Assembly: GCA_033763455.1 (NCBI GenBank)
Contig: JANRKO010000031.1
Location: 1-64,000, forward strand
Direction: 5' to 3'
Length of the DNA: 64,000 nt
DNA from: Polyangiaceae bacterium
Lineage (GTDB): Bacteria; Myxococcota_A; Polyangia; Polyangiales; Polyangiaceae
Shown: one piece after another, positions 1-9,362 of the stretch
Layout of the letters: each line of letters starts with the position of its first letter
Numbering within the stretch: the first letter of the stretch is position 1
Translations under genes and position numbers: made by a program
Notes under the pieces: model-generated
What the model was told of the DNA's origin: nothing
The model's database searches: none
The model's input: the letters and a program-made list of their open reading frames with translations, nothing else

Positions 1-463
1 TTTGGGATTGGGCATCCACAGACAGTCGCCGCCTCTTCCGCCCTGTTTATCCCCAATCCCAAAAACGAGCTGCCGCGCTGCCCGGGGCTATTCAGGTCGC
101 AAGCCCTCCGTCGCAGCGCGGAGCTGCCACGCACACGCCCCTCCCGCGTCTCCCGAACAGGGAGGCGCTTGGCGAGGGGCAAGCTGCCGCATCAAGCGGC
201 AGCTGGGGAGGGCATCCAACCAATTCGGTGACGCCCTCTACCAACAACTATGGAGCAATTTCGATCACTTACACATGAAGGCCGCGCCTTATCGCTGGAT
301 CAGGCGAGAGGCCAACGCCTCGTTGCGCCCACGCCGAGTTTAGAGACATGAAACTGCCGCAATTTGGACGAGTCGCACAGCGCTTGGGTCAGGGGCTGTT
401 AGCCAAAAACCCGGGGCTTTCCCTAGCTGCGCTGGCGCGGAGCCTCTGCTAGGTTCCGCCCCC

Positions 464-1852
464 ATGGGTGGTTGGAACAGAAGGGTCTTCCCGTTGGCAC
501 TTGCGGCTTTGGCCGCCACAGGTTGCGGCAGCGCGCTCCCCAAAGAGCTCGCTGCCAGTGAGCTTGGGTGTTCGGTGAAGGAAGTGGAGGTCATTTCAAC
601 TTCCAGCAGCAGCACCAAGCGGGCCAGTGGTTGCGGGCGTACGCTGTACTACCGCGCCTATTGCGACGACGTTTGCAGTTGGCAAAGCGGCCTGCCGGAA
701 CTCACCCATGCGGCCAGCGCAGCGCTCAAGTGCGACACTGGAATGCTCGCCTGGGCAACTATCAACAACCGCATGTCGAGCGTCGAAGGCTGCGGCAAAC
801 GAGCCTTCTTCTACCGAAGTGGAAAAGATGGCCCAGATACATGGCAGCTCCAACGAGTGGAAGAGCACGCCCCCACAGCAGGCAAAGCTCAAGTTGGCCT
901 CACAGCTGCGGAAATCTACGAACGCGCCGTACCTTCATTGGTTTCTATCGAAGCCGGCAGCACGCAGGCCACGGCATTTGCTGTACTCGACGGGCGCGTG
1001 CTGATCACCAACCTGCACGCAGTGGCCGGGGAGAGCGAGCTCAAGCTCACGGCACATAGCGGGGAGAGGCTGCAGTTTTTGGGCGTATTGGCCTTTGATC
1101 GCAAGTGGGATCTAGCGGTGTTACAGATCGATCGAGCGCTACCCGCCCTGCCACTCCAAAACTCGGACGCACTGACGAGTGGCGTCAAGGTTTTCGCGCT
1201 GGGTAATCCTCTGGGCTTTGAAGCCACCATCAGCGACGGCATCTTGAGTGGCGTACGCGAACACATGGCTGGCATGCGCGTGTTGCAAATCACAGCACCC
1301 ATCTCTCCAGGTTCCTCAGGCGGCCCCATCCTCGCGGACGACGGAACCGTGGTCGGGGTAGCCACGTTTGTTATGCGTGGAGGTGAGAATCTTGGCTTTG
1401 CTATGCCCACCCGCTACGTACGCGAGCTCCTCGGTAAGCGCCAGCATCTTAGCCCCCAAGCCTTCGCCGCAGCGACAGCGGACTCAGCACCAAGCCAGCG
1501 TGACCTCTTCGCCGACAACCTCTACGCTCGCTGTTCAGCGGCCGACCTCACGCTGCTTAACACCGTCCTTGGAAGTACAACAAAAGCGCTCGAACCCCTT
1601 ATTGTTCAGGCCTCCTTCAAAGCCGGGCTAGCTGTCTTCCGAGGGGCGGCTGAAGAGCTGGAACGCAACCTCACAAGAGCGTGCTCTGCGCCCCCTAGGC
1701 AGCTTCACCACGGAGAACGCCAAGCAGAAGCTTTGTTTTCCGATCGCGTCAAGTTGCTTGCGCTCCAAGATTTGCTCGCTTCGATGCTTAGGCAGACCCA
1801 AGAACAAATGCACGAAAATCAGAAGATACGCGCCGGGAAAACCCAACCATGA
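464..1852 (+). CDS. Lipoprotein with two small Cys-containing N-terminal repeats and a trypsin-like (S1C/HtrA-type) serine protease domain, no PDZ
   Basis: Lipobox ATGC; catalytic triad motifs TNLHAV, WDLAVL and ISPGSSGGP; ALGNPLG motif. Confidence 0.85.
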   Translation: MGGWNRRVFPLALAALAATGCGSALPKELAASELGCSVKEVEVISTSSSSTKRASGCGRTLYYRAYCDDVCSWQSGLPELTHAASAALKCDTGMLAWATINNRMSSVEGCGKRAFFYRSGKDGPDTWQLQRVEEHAPTAGKAQVGLTAAEIYERAVPSLVSIEAGSTQATAFAVLDGRVLITNLHAVAGESELKLTAHSGERLQFLGVLAFDRKWDLAVLQIDRALPALPLQNSDALTSGVKVFALGNPLGFEATISDGILSGVREHMAGMRVLQITAPISPGSSGGPILADDGTVVGVATFVMRGGENLGFAMPTRYVRELLGKRQHLSPQAFAAATADSAPSQRDLFADNLYARCSAADLTLLNTVLGSTTKALEPLIVQASFKAGLAVFRGAAEELERNLTRACSAPPRQLHHGERQAEALFSDRVKLLALQDLLASMLRQTQEQMHENQKIRAGKTQP

Positions 1853-3555
1853 CCACATTCTGCTCACCCATTCGAACCTTCGCGTTCGCGGGCTGCCGCG
1901 CCGTTGGGTTCGCGTTCTCCCGCGCCATACAGTTCGCGTTCTCCTGCGTCTTTGGGCTCGCAACGAGCCTGACCGTCGTCGTCTTGTTCGCGTTGGTTGG
2001 CTGTGTTGCCGAAAAGCCGGCTAACACTGCGGCCAGCGTCTCCGATGCCCCACCGATCGTGATTTTGCTAGCCGCGGGCCAGAGCGGCCGTGCCTTCGGC
2101 GGCAAGAAAACGGGCGTGATGGCCTGGATCAAGGACGGCCTTTTGACCCTAGACGCCATGATGGGAAAGGGCACCCTTTCGCTCCGCGAGCTGGATGTCG
2201 AGCTCAATTGCACGAGCAAAGATGGCCCCTCGTGCCCGGAGCAGGCCCGGGTGATCATCGAAAACAGCGGCGCCGATGCGCTCATCTACGTTCGCCCTGA
2301 CGATCTCTTCTATGTTATTCACCGCTACCCCAATGTCCGCCCGATACCCCACGAAGTGGAACTCAGCCGACGCTGGACTGATTTCATTCCGTTCATGGAA
2401 AGCATCGTCGACGCGCAGGCGCTCGCCCAGCGCGATGCCCGCAGCCGAGGTAGGCTGGAAATGCTCGAACGTGGCTTGTTGCAGGTGCGCGCGCGCCAGA
2501 AGTTCGCGGCCGATGCTAGCGGTGATCTTCGGGCCACTGTGGAGCGGAGCCTCGGAGATGTGCACTACGCGCGTGCTTTGAGCACTCAAGAAGCGGCTGA
2601 ATTTTCGCTGGCGGTAGCCGCTTACGACCGAGCGATTCATCTGAAACCAACGCCGCCCTACGAAGCGGATTTTTGGCTCCGGAGCGCCGTGGCACTCGAG
2701 GCTCAGGGCAGGGCTCCTGTAAATTCGGCGATCTTGCTTCAGGCTCGCAATCGGTACGCGCGAGCGGCGAGCCTTCGGATCGCATCCTTGAATGCTCAGG
2801 CCATCGCAGAAAACAAAGCCATAGCCAACGAAGAGAACCGCGCCTCGGGCAAAGGCTTGCTGCAGGACATTTTTGACACAGCGGAGTTGGGAGTGCTGCG
2901 CTGCGATGCCACCTTGGCCATTTCGAAGAGGTCGACACGAGAGGTCGAAAGCGTGCTTCAAGCTACCGAGAAATTGATCGCGAAGAAGAAGGCCACCTGG
3001 TACGTTTGGGCTGAGCAACAGTCCGCACTGTGCGATCTCCAGCTGGCACGGGCCGAACTCGCAGACGCCCCGCCTGAACCCCGGAATACGATGTTCGAGC
3101 AAGCCGCCAATTCCTGTCGCGATGCAGCAAGCGCCTACAAAAAGGCCCTTACGCCCGCCTTATTCGCTCAAAGTCGCAGTCATTTTGCCGACGTCATGAG
3201 CGCGTGGGCAACATCTTCCGGCTCCCCACGCATTTGGGAGCTAGCCGCCAAACACTACGGTGAGGCGCTCGGCGTGATTGAACCTGAGTTCTATCCGCAA
3301 GAATGGCCACTCCTCCAGTACAAGTGGGCCCGCGCACTGATTGAGCACGGGGTGAGCGAACGCCTCAACCTTCCGCTCGAACAGGGGCTTGATGCTCTAA
3401 AAAGCGCCGAATCCAAGGTTCCGCACGAGCTCACCAAAGAAATCTCGCAGCTCGAAGCGCGCGCCAAGCAGGCGCTGAGTGGTGATCTGGATGCTCCTAC
3501 AAACGGCGTAACCCCTGAAGTCGTAGAGCCCGAAGTCGGGGAGCCCAAGCCTTAG
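1849..3555 (+). CDS. Hypothetical lipoprotein with TPR-like helical repeats
   Basis: 568-aa ORF, ATGA overlap with the protease gene, lipobox LVGC, TPR-like segments (AVAAYDRAIHLKP; YPQEWPLLQYKWARAL); true start may be downstream. Confidence 0.65.
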   Translation: MTTFCSPIRTFAFAGCRAVGFAFSRAIQFAFSCVFGLATSLTVVVLFALVGCVAEKPANTAASVSDAPPIVILLAAGQSGRAFGGKKTGVMAWIKDGLLTLDAMMGKGTLSLRELDVELNCTSKDGPSCPEQARVIIENSGADALIYVRPDDLFYVIHRYPNVRPIPHEVELSRRWTDFIPFMESIVDAQALAQRDARSRGRLEMLERGLLQVRARQKFAADASGDLRATVERSLGDVHYARALSTQEAAEFSLAVAAYDRAIHLKPTPPYEADFWLRSAVALEAQGRAPVNSAILLQARNRYARAASLRIASLNAQAIAENKAIANEENRASGKGLLQDIFDTAELGVLRCDATLAISKRSTREVESVLQATEKLIAKKKATWYVWAEQQSALCDLQLARAELADAPPEPRNTMFEQAANSCRDAASAYKKALTPALFAQSRSHFADVMSAWATSSGSPRIWELAAKHYGEALGVIEPEFYPQEWPLLQYKWARALIEHGVSERLNLPLEQGLDALKSAESKVPHELTKEISQLEARAKQALSGDLDAPTNGVTPEVVEPEVGEPKP

Positions 3556-3606
3556 GGAGAACCCGGAACGGAAATGAGCGCGCAAAAGTGGCCGCTCTAC
3601 CCTCAC

Positions 3607-4785
3607 TCAGTGGGATTTGGCTGCAGCTTTTGGCTCTGCAGCTTTCGCTTCTGAAGCCGTAGCTTTTGGCTTGGCGGCTTCGCCGCTTCTTCGCTTAGGG
3701 CTCGCTTTGGCTTCCGCTTCTGCAATCAAGGCCTCAGCCTTGGCGGCAGCATGCGAAGCGGTGGGGGCCGCCTTCTGTTCGGCCGCATGTTCACCGCCCC
3801 CGTGAGCTTCCCCGTGCCCTTCGGCAGCAGCCATAGCCCGAGCTGCTTGCGCAACACGTGCGAGCAGACCCTCTGTTGGGTCGTCGCCGAGCTCGTTGCG
3901 CACGTGCCCGCCCACGGCTTTCGTGAAGGCGGCAAGCCTTTCGGGATCCGTATTCGCGTTGACATTCACCAGGTGCAGCATGCCAGGGTCACCCAGATCT
4001 CCACGAAAATCGTACACTGCGCCCACCACAGTTAACTTCTGCTCCGCAACATCGTGATTGAAGTGAGCAACGGCCGCCTGAACCTGAGCGTGCACGTTGG
4101 CCACTACGGCTTCGGCCCACAGCGCAGAGCTTGGCTCAGCTGATTTCATTGCTTTTGGCAATTGGATCGCAGCAAGCTCATGCTGAATAGGCGCACTCAA
4201 CGCACTCACATCGCCCATGGCTGCCTTCACGGCACCGCAGCCCGTGTGACCGATAATCATCAGAAGCGGCGTGTGGAGGTGTTCCACGCCATACTCGACC
4301 GACCCCTCGGCGTTCTTCAGCTGGTTGCCGATATTGCGGATCTGAAAATCGTCGTTGTCGGGCGTTGCATCCCATGCGTGCGTTTGCACGCGCGAGTCTG
4401 AACAGGCAACTACTGTAACCCTCGGCGTTTGCTTGCTGGCAAAGGGCTGGAAGTACTTCGCCCCTCTGCGCACATTCAGCTCGTTATCTCGCACCACGTC
4501 TTGCAGAAAAGAGCGAGTGCGAGCGAGGGGCTCCTCCTCAGAAGCTTCCCAGGCGAAGGGCACGGCGAATCGCTTCGGACCAGCAGCTTCCTTCTCCCCG
4601 TGGGCGCCTGGAGCTCCGCCCTTTTCCCCTTCCTTGTCGTGACCCTTCGCCCCCTCTTCGTGTGCCGCCTCCTCGTCCGCGGCGGCTTCAGTGTCCGCGG
4701 TATCCTCCGCAGTTGCCTCGGCCTTCTTATTGCAGCCGAACAACAAGAGCAGAGTCAGGCCCAGGGCCCACGGCGGAAGACGCAT
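3607..4785 (-). CDS. Beta-class carbonic anhydrase, lipoprotein
   Basis: Zn-ligand motifs ACSDSRV and GHTGCGAV, IRNIGN, SVEYGV; lipobox LFGC; low-complexity N and C linkers. Confidence 0.9.
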   Translation of the reverse strand: MRLPPWALGLTLLLLFGCNKKAEATAEDTADTEAAADEEAAHEEGAKGHDKEGEKGGAPGAHGEKEAAGPKRFAVPFAWEASEEEPLARTRSFLQDVVRDNELNVRRGAKYFQPFASKQTPRVTVVACSDSRVQTHAWDATPDNDDFQIRNIGNQLKNAEGSVEYGVEHLHTPLLMIIGHTGCGAVKAAMGDVSALSAPIQHELAAIQLPKAMKSAEPSSALWAEAVVANVHAQVQAAVAHFNHDVAEQKLTVVGAVYDFRGDLGDPGMLHLVNVNANTDPERLAAFTKAVGGHVRNELGDDPTEGLLARVAQAARAMAAAEGHGEAHGGGEHAAEQKAAPTASHAAAKAEALIAEAEAKASPKRRSGEAAKPKATASEAKAAEPKAAAKSH

Positions 4786-5043
4786 ACTGGCAGTACGGAC
4801 GCCCGCGCCACATCTTCAGGCAGCACTGCGTCAACGGAGGAGGGCCGGGCCTTAACACTTGGATATTATTGGATTAAATGCCGAATACGCCCGCCCCCCC
4901 GGAGGGCCAAGCCTTGCAAAAACGCACTCGGCCCTAGCGCTTATTCTGTGTAAGCCCCACGAACGAGCCGCGTTACTCATGTGCAAAGGCGACGTACCGC
5001 TCACCAGATCGGAGCGCCAGCCCACCCTGCTTGGAGAATCTTC

Positions 5044-5886
5044 ATGTCATTTATTCTTAACCATCTGAAATCAACAGCTGCGTTGGCCCTCGCGTTTGGG
5101 CTGAACGCATGTGGCACCACCGTAGTGCAGAGCGCGAACACCCCGGAGGTAACAGGCGTGGTCGTGTCCGGGTTTGGAAAAGCCACCGGCAAACCGGATC
5201 TGGCACGCGCCACCATCGGCGTGGAGGTGCGCGCACGTACTTCCGAAGAGGCCACAGCCAGCACGAACACGCGTATGAGCGAGCTCACCGAGGCCTTCAA
5301 GAAGCTGGGGGTGCAACCGGCTGATCTTAAGACTCAGAACTTCTCCGTAAACTTCGAGCAGGATTATCGTCCCGAGCCACCGCCTCCACCCCCGGAAGCA
5401 GCGGCGCCCGCACCCAAAGCTGGCAAAGGAACGCCAGCGTCTCCTGCAATGGAGGCTTCCGTCAGAGAAACCTCAGCAAAAGAAGAACCCCGTGGCTGGT
5501 ACCGCGCGAGCAACACACTCGAGGTCACCATCAGGGATCTGAAGCAGCTCGGCCAGATCTTGGGGACGGCTACCACGCTCGGAGCCAACACCGTTTACGG
5601 TGTGAACTTTGAGCTTTCCAATCCGCAGGCATTCGAAGCACAGGCACGCGAAAAAGCGGTCGCGGATGCTCACGCACGAGCGGAGCAGCTGGCCCGGCTA
5701 AGCGGTGTTCGTTTGGGCCCGGTTCTCGCCGTGAACGAGTCCTCAGGGTTCCCTTCACCCATGCCTATGGCGATGCCCATGATGGCAAAATCTGAGGCCT
5801 ACGCGGCCGCTGCGGCCCCCGTCGAAAGCGGACAACTCGAAGTCACCAGCACGGTGAGCATCCGCTACGCGATCGAAAAACAATAA
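5044..5886 (+). CDS. SIMPL (DUF541) domain lipoprotein
   Basis: VSGFGKATGKPDLARATIGV, YRASNTLEVT, AREKAVADAHARAEQLA motifs; lipobox LNAC; GGAGA before the ATG at 5044. Confidence 0.9.
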   Translation: MSFILNHLKSTAALALAFGLNACGTTVVQSANTPEVTGVVVSGFGKATGKPDLARATIGVEVRARTSEEATASTNTRMSELTEAFKKLGVQPADLKTQNFSVNFEQDYRPEPPPPPPEAAAPAPKAGKGTPASPAMEASVRETSAKEEPRGWYRASNTLEVTIRDLKQLGQILGTATTLGANTVYGVNFELSNPQAFEAQAREKAVADAHARAEQLARLSGVRLGPVLAVNESSGFPSPMPMAMPMMAKSEAYAAAAAPVESGQLEVTSTVSIRYAIEKQ

Positions 5887-5899
5887 CCTTGCCGAGGTA

Positions 5900-5952
5900 G
5901 CCGGTAGGAGTGGCGGCACTACCTGATCCGGCGGTGAGGCCACTCCTCCGGC
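5900..5952. terminator. Stem-loop between convergent genes
   Basis: GCCGGtAGGAGTGGC ... GCCACTCCTCCGGC inverted repeat. Confidence 0.55.
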
Positions 5953-6004
5953 GTCAGTTACACTTACCGCCAGCCGCGCATTTGTCACGCGTACGGGTTT
6001 CGCG

Positions 6005-6043
6005 GAAGCAGCCGCTTGCGAGGAAGATCACAGCGGCTGCTTC
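6005..6043 (-). terminator. Stem-loop downstream of the beta-propeller gene
   Basis: Perfect 12-bp inverted repeat GAAGCAGCCGCT / AGCGGCTGCTTC. Confidence 0.55.
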
Positions 6044-6058
6044 GGCTGCGCCAGCTCT

Positions 6059-9000
6059 CTAGCGGGAGAGGGGGAGCGTGGTGACGCCGTCGTAACCGAG
6101 CGAACAGATGGCGGTATTCCCGAGAATATTGATGTCCGCCACGTAGCCCGGAACCTCAGCGGTAGCCTCGATTCTCGACATGCTCGCCACTTCGGCATTA
6201 ACGACGCTCACTTGGCCTCGCCAACCAGCAGAGAGCACGGCGTGTTTCCCAGATGCGACAAGCCCGCTCAGCTGCCCGTAGTCACCAACGTCGATTTCCA
6301 AGGAGCTAGCGCCAAAGTTACCAGAGTGAAGGCCGCTCACGGTGATCAGGGGCAGACTGCGTTTCTCGACCACTCCCGGGGCGCAGCCACCGTAGCAGGC
6401 ACCGAACCCGTACCCGTAGTACCGGTACCCGTACCATCCGGCCGCCAGAGAAACGAACGTTCGATCGGTGCCAGTTGCGATCTGGTGGATCGAATATTTC
6501 GAGGGAATTTCGTAGCTACCTACGATCTGAGCGCTCTCCTCTGAAAACGACACAAGCTGCAGCGACTGCCGAACAACACGACACTCACCCAGAGCTTCCG
6601 CTATCAGCAACCCGCCTGGGTCATAGCTATCGGGAGGGCCAATGAAATCAGGTTGCGCGTGATTACCGTAGCAATCACTCCTGGTCACGTTCTGAAGCAC
6701 CGCAATTTCGTAGCTCGCGGTGATGGCGCGCTTGGCGGATGCATCGTAGGCAACGAGCGAGCCAGGTATATTGACCGAGCGAAGCACTCGCGGCGATCGA
6801 GGATCTGACACATCGACCTGGTCCAGAAAGAAGCGCACTCGATCGGCATTGAACGGCGATACTTCATAGTGGCTCCGCGCAACCACCGTGCCTGAGGCGA
6901 GAAGGCCTGTGACACCCTCACCGGCGGGAAGCTGAACGGCTGAGGTCTCAGGGCGAGCGGGATCGCTCAGATCCATCACCTTGAGGGGCGCGCTGGTGAT
7001 CAGGGGCAACCCAGTCGCGCTGTCGTACTTCTTGGAGGTGTCCTCAAGCACAACGGTTGATCCCACCGCGAGAGCACTTCGACCCGACGTGACCATGCCA
7101 TAGCCGTACCCATAACCGTACCCGTAGTACCAACCTCCATAGAACTCGGACAACGGCAGAGTCGCCTGGCCCACTACCGTGGCAGTTCCGCTCGGAGAAA
7201 CCTCAACGGTAGCGATACGAGTGCTCTGAGTGGATTGCCCACCAGTGTAGTCGTACGCTTGGAATACGAGGTAAGCTCTGTTGCCGCTGGTAAAGACATC
7301 CTGGAGCCAGGAGCTGGCGTAGCAGCTGTTCGCTTGTCGGGGGATCTCGAGAGCAGGAGCAGCACCCGGGATAGCCACTCCTGAAAGTGTTGTGACATCC
7401 AGCTGCGTGGCTTGCGTCATCCAGTTCTGTGAAATGCGTAACACATGGCTTCCCACCGATGCGGTTCGCGTCACGTTCTGAGCGAGAGCGACGGCGGCCG
7501 TGGGTCGCGGTTGATCGCGATTGGAAATATCGAAGGCTTCAACCTGCTCGTCGCTCACTGCCAAGAGGCGCTGATCGTGAAGGATGCCGCGGCGAGCGGC
7601 TGATTTCGTCGGCACCACACCGCGAAGCGCAAGCATGTCGCTGGTAAAGTCCAGAAGCTGGATGCCAGAATTCCAAGTTCCAGAGCAATTAGGATCGACT
7701 TGGCCAGCGCTGGAATACCCACTAAATGGCACTAAAATCAGTCTCTCGCTGTCGAGAACGCGGAAGGATTTATGGATCTGATCCTGACCCTCCGCCAAGC
7801 CCGCCCAGTTACCACCGAAGTTCTTGCGCGAGAGCATTGTTGGCGCTGCCATGTTGCTAACATCGAAGATCGAAACATGAAGGGAACCTTCAGCATTTCC
7901 TTGGTCAAAGCCGAGGCCAATGAGGCGATTTCCGCGAGGCTCCATGTGATAGACGAATCCAGGGATTTCCAACTGACCTACTTGGGCAGGCTTGGCTGGA
8001 TCCCTGAGGTCTATAGTGAACAAAGGATCGGTGCGTTCGAAAGTGATCGCGTAACCGCGGTCGCCATCAAATCGCACGCTTTGCAAGCTTTCGGGGCGAG
8101 GCAGAGTGAGAGTTGTCGCGCCAAGCGGGGTGATGTCCGTGGAAGACGTGACTCGAAAGGTTTCCACGGTTGGCGGCGTTGCCGCGAGCCACTGGAAGGG
8201 TTGACTTATAACGCGCAGGGCTCCGTTGTACTCGTCCATTTGCCAACGGCTGTTCACTTGACCGGCCACTTGGATACTGGCGCCCTCTTTGAGATCGCCC
8301 GTGGGATCGGAGATGTCGACCACCTGGATCACGCTACCGACCGGGGTGCTTTGGCCCCAGACCGGCCCGGCCACGTACATGCGCTGATCGGTGACCGAGA
8401 TGCTGCGCTGCCAACTGTAGCTGTCGGTGCGTTCTTCAAAACTCACCTCATCCACCCGAAACACGTGGGTTGGGTCACTCACGTTGAGGGAGATCACTCT
8501 GGTTCTGGGCTTGTTTTGAGTGCAGCCCCAACAATACCCGTCTTCGTAGGCGGCTACGTAAAGAATGTCGCCCACAATACGAGAGTCCGCAATGTTGCCC
8601 GGTACCTGGAATTCTCCGATGGCCTTGATATTCGCGGCATCGCGAGTGTCTAACACCACAACTTGACTGGTTTGCACCCAGGTGTGCTGTTGGCTCACCG
8701 GATCCAAAACGTAATCCCCGTAGCCGCGATACAGCGCGAATACCAAACCTTGCCGCACATACATTTCAAACGGCATCGCCACTATCTTGTGGCGCCCCAA
8801 GAGGCTGAGGTTATCCCGCTGCGACACATCGATCACGCTGAGCCCGCCATATTGCGAAAGTGCAAATAGCCGCCCATCTTCGATCTTGATGATGTCAGCC
8901 TCTTCGATGGCACGCGCCGCGCTGTCGTCTGCACCGGGGGACGGGGCGGCCGCTCCGGCCCCTATCGCTGAAGCCCCTCCAGTTGCGTTACTGGCCCTAC

Positions 9001-9163
9001 TTGCTGCGCTCTTGCCACTCGGGTTCGCGGATTCGAAGACGTTCGGGGGTAATGGTGTTGGTTGGGTGCCGGGCGTGTCGGCACTTCCACCCGAACATCC
9101 AACAAGCAAGCCAAGCATCGCGGCAGGGAGTGCGATTAGGATCTTCCGTGTAACGTGTGTCAT
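6059..9163 (-). CDS. Secreted beta-propeller domain lipoprotein (Beta_propel family)
   Basis: Lipobox LVGC; EEADIIK, RWQMDEYNGALRV, VRFDGDRGYAITFERTDPLFTIDL, GQLEIPGFVYHMEP motifs; RBS before the ATG at 9163. Confidence 0.85.
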   Translation of the reverse strand: MTHVTRKILIALPAAMLGLLVGCSGGSADTPGTQPTPLPPNVFESANPSGKSAASRASNATGGASAIGAGAAAPSPGADDSAARAIEEADIIKIEDGRLFALSQYGGLSVIDVSQRDNLSLLGRHKIVAMPFEMYVRQGLVFALYRGYGDYVLDPVSQQHTWVQTSQVVVLDTRDAANIKAIGEFQVPGNIADSRIVGDILYVAAYEDGYCWGCTQNKPRTRVISLNVSDPTHVFRVDEVSFEERTDSYSWQRSISVTDQRMYVAGPVWGQSTPVGSVIQVVDISDPTGDLKEGASIQVAGQVNSRWQMDEYNGALRVISQPFQWLAATPPTVETFRVTSSTDITPLGATTLTLPRPESLQSVRFDGDRGYAITFERTDPLFTIDLRDPAKPAQVGQLEIPGFVYHMEPRGNRLIGLGFDQGNAEGSLHVSIFDVSNMAAPTMLSRKNFGGNWAGLAEGQDQIHKSFRVLDSERLILVPFSGYSSAGQVDPNCSGTWNSGIQLLDFTSDMLALRGVVPTKSAARRGILHDQRLLAVSDEQVEAFDISNRDQPRPTAAVALAQNVTRTASVGSHVLRISQNWMTQATQLDVTTLSGVAIPGAAPALEIPRQANSCYASSWLQDVFTSGNRAYLVFQAYDYTGGQSTQSTRIATVEVSPSGTATVVGQATLPLSEFYGGWYYGYGYGYGYGMVTSGRSALAVGSTVVLEDTSKKYDSATGLPLITSAPLKVMDLSDPARPETSAVQLPAGEGVTGLLASGTVVARSHYEVSPFNADRVRFFLDQVDVSDPRSPRVLRSVNIPGSLVAYDASAKRAITASYEIAVLQNVTRSDCYGNHAQPDFIGPPDSYDPGGLLIAEALGECRVVRQSLQLVSFSEESAQIVGSYEIPSKYSIHQIATGTDRTFVSLAAGWYGYRYYGYGFGACYGGCAPGVVEKRSLPLITVSGLHSGNFGASSLEIDVGDYGQLSGLVASGKHAVLSAGWRGQVSVVNAEVASMSRIEATAEVPGYVADINILGNTAICSLGYDGVTTLPLSR

Positions 9164-9314
9164 AGGGGGGTCTCCAAGAGCGCCAGCTGCGCTCACTGAC
9201 ACATGTGCACCAACTGTGCCGCTATGGAATTACCGCAAAATCCAGGTGAACTTGCCCCCCTAGGGTACGGCTCCCAGATCGCAACTGGCACATGTGTGCC
9301 ACGAGGGTTAACCA

Positions 9315-9346
9315 CTAGGAGTGGCAGCAATGGCTGCCACTCCTAG
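9315..9346 (-). terminator. Stem-loop terminator of the Cys-rich gene
   Basis: Perfect 14-bp inverted repeat CTAGGAGTGGCAGC-aatg-GCTGCCACTCCTAG just past the stop at 9363. Confidence 0.65.
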
Positions 9347-9362
9347 GACCAGGAATGCTCCC

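Noticed and set aside
2..343. RNase H-like ORF (WIRREAN)
   Set aside because: Only a short motif resembles the family and the catalytic acidic residues are not identifiable
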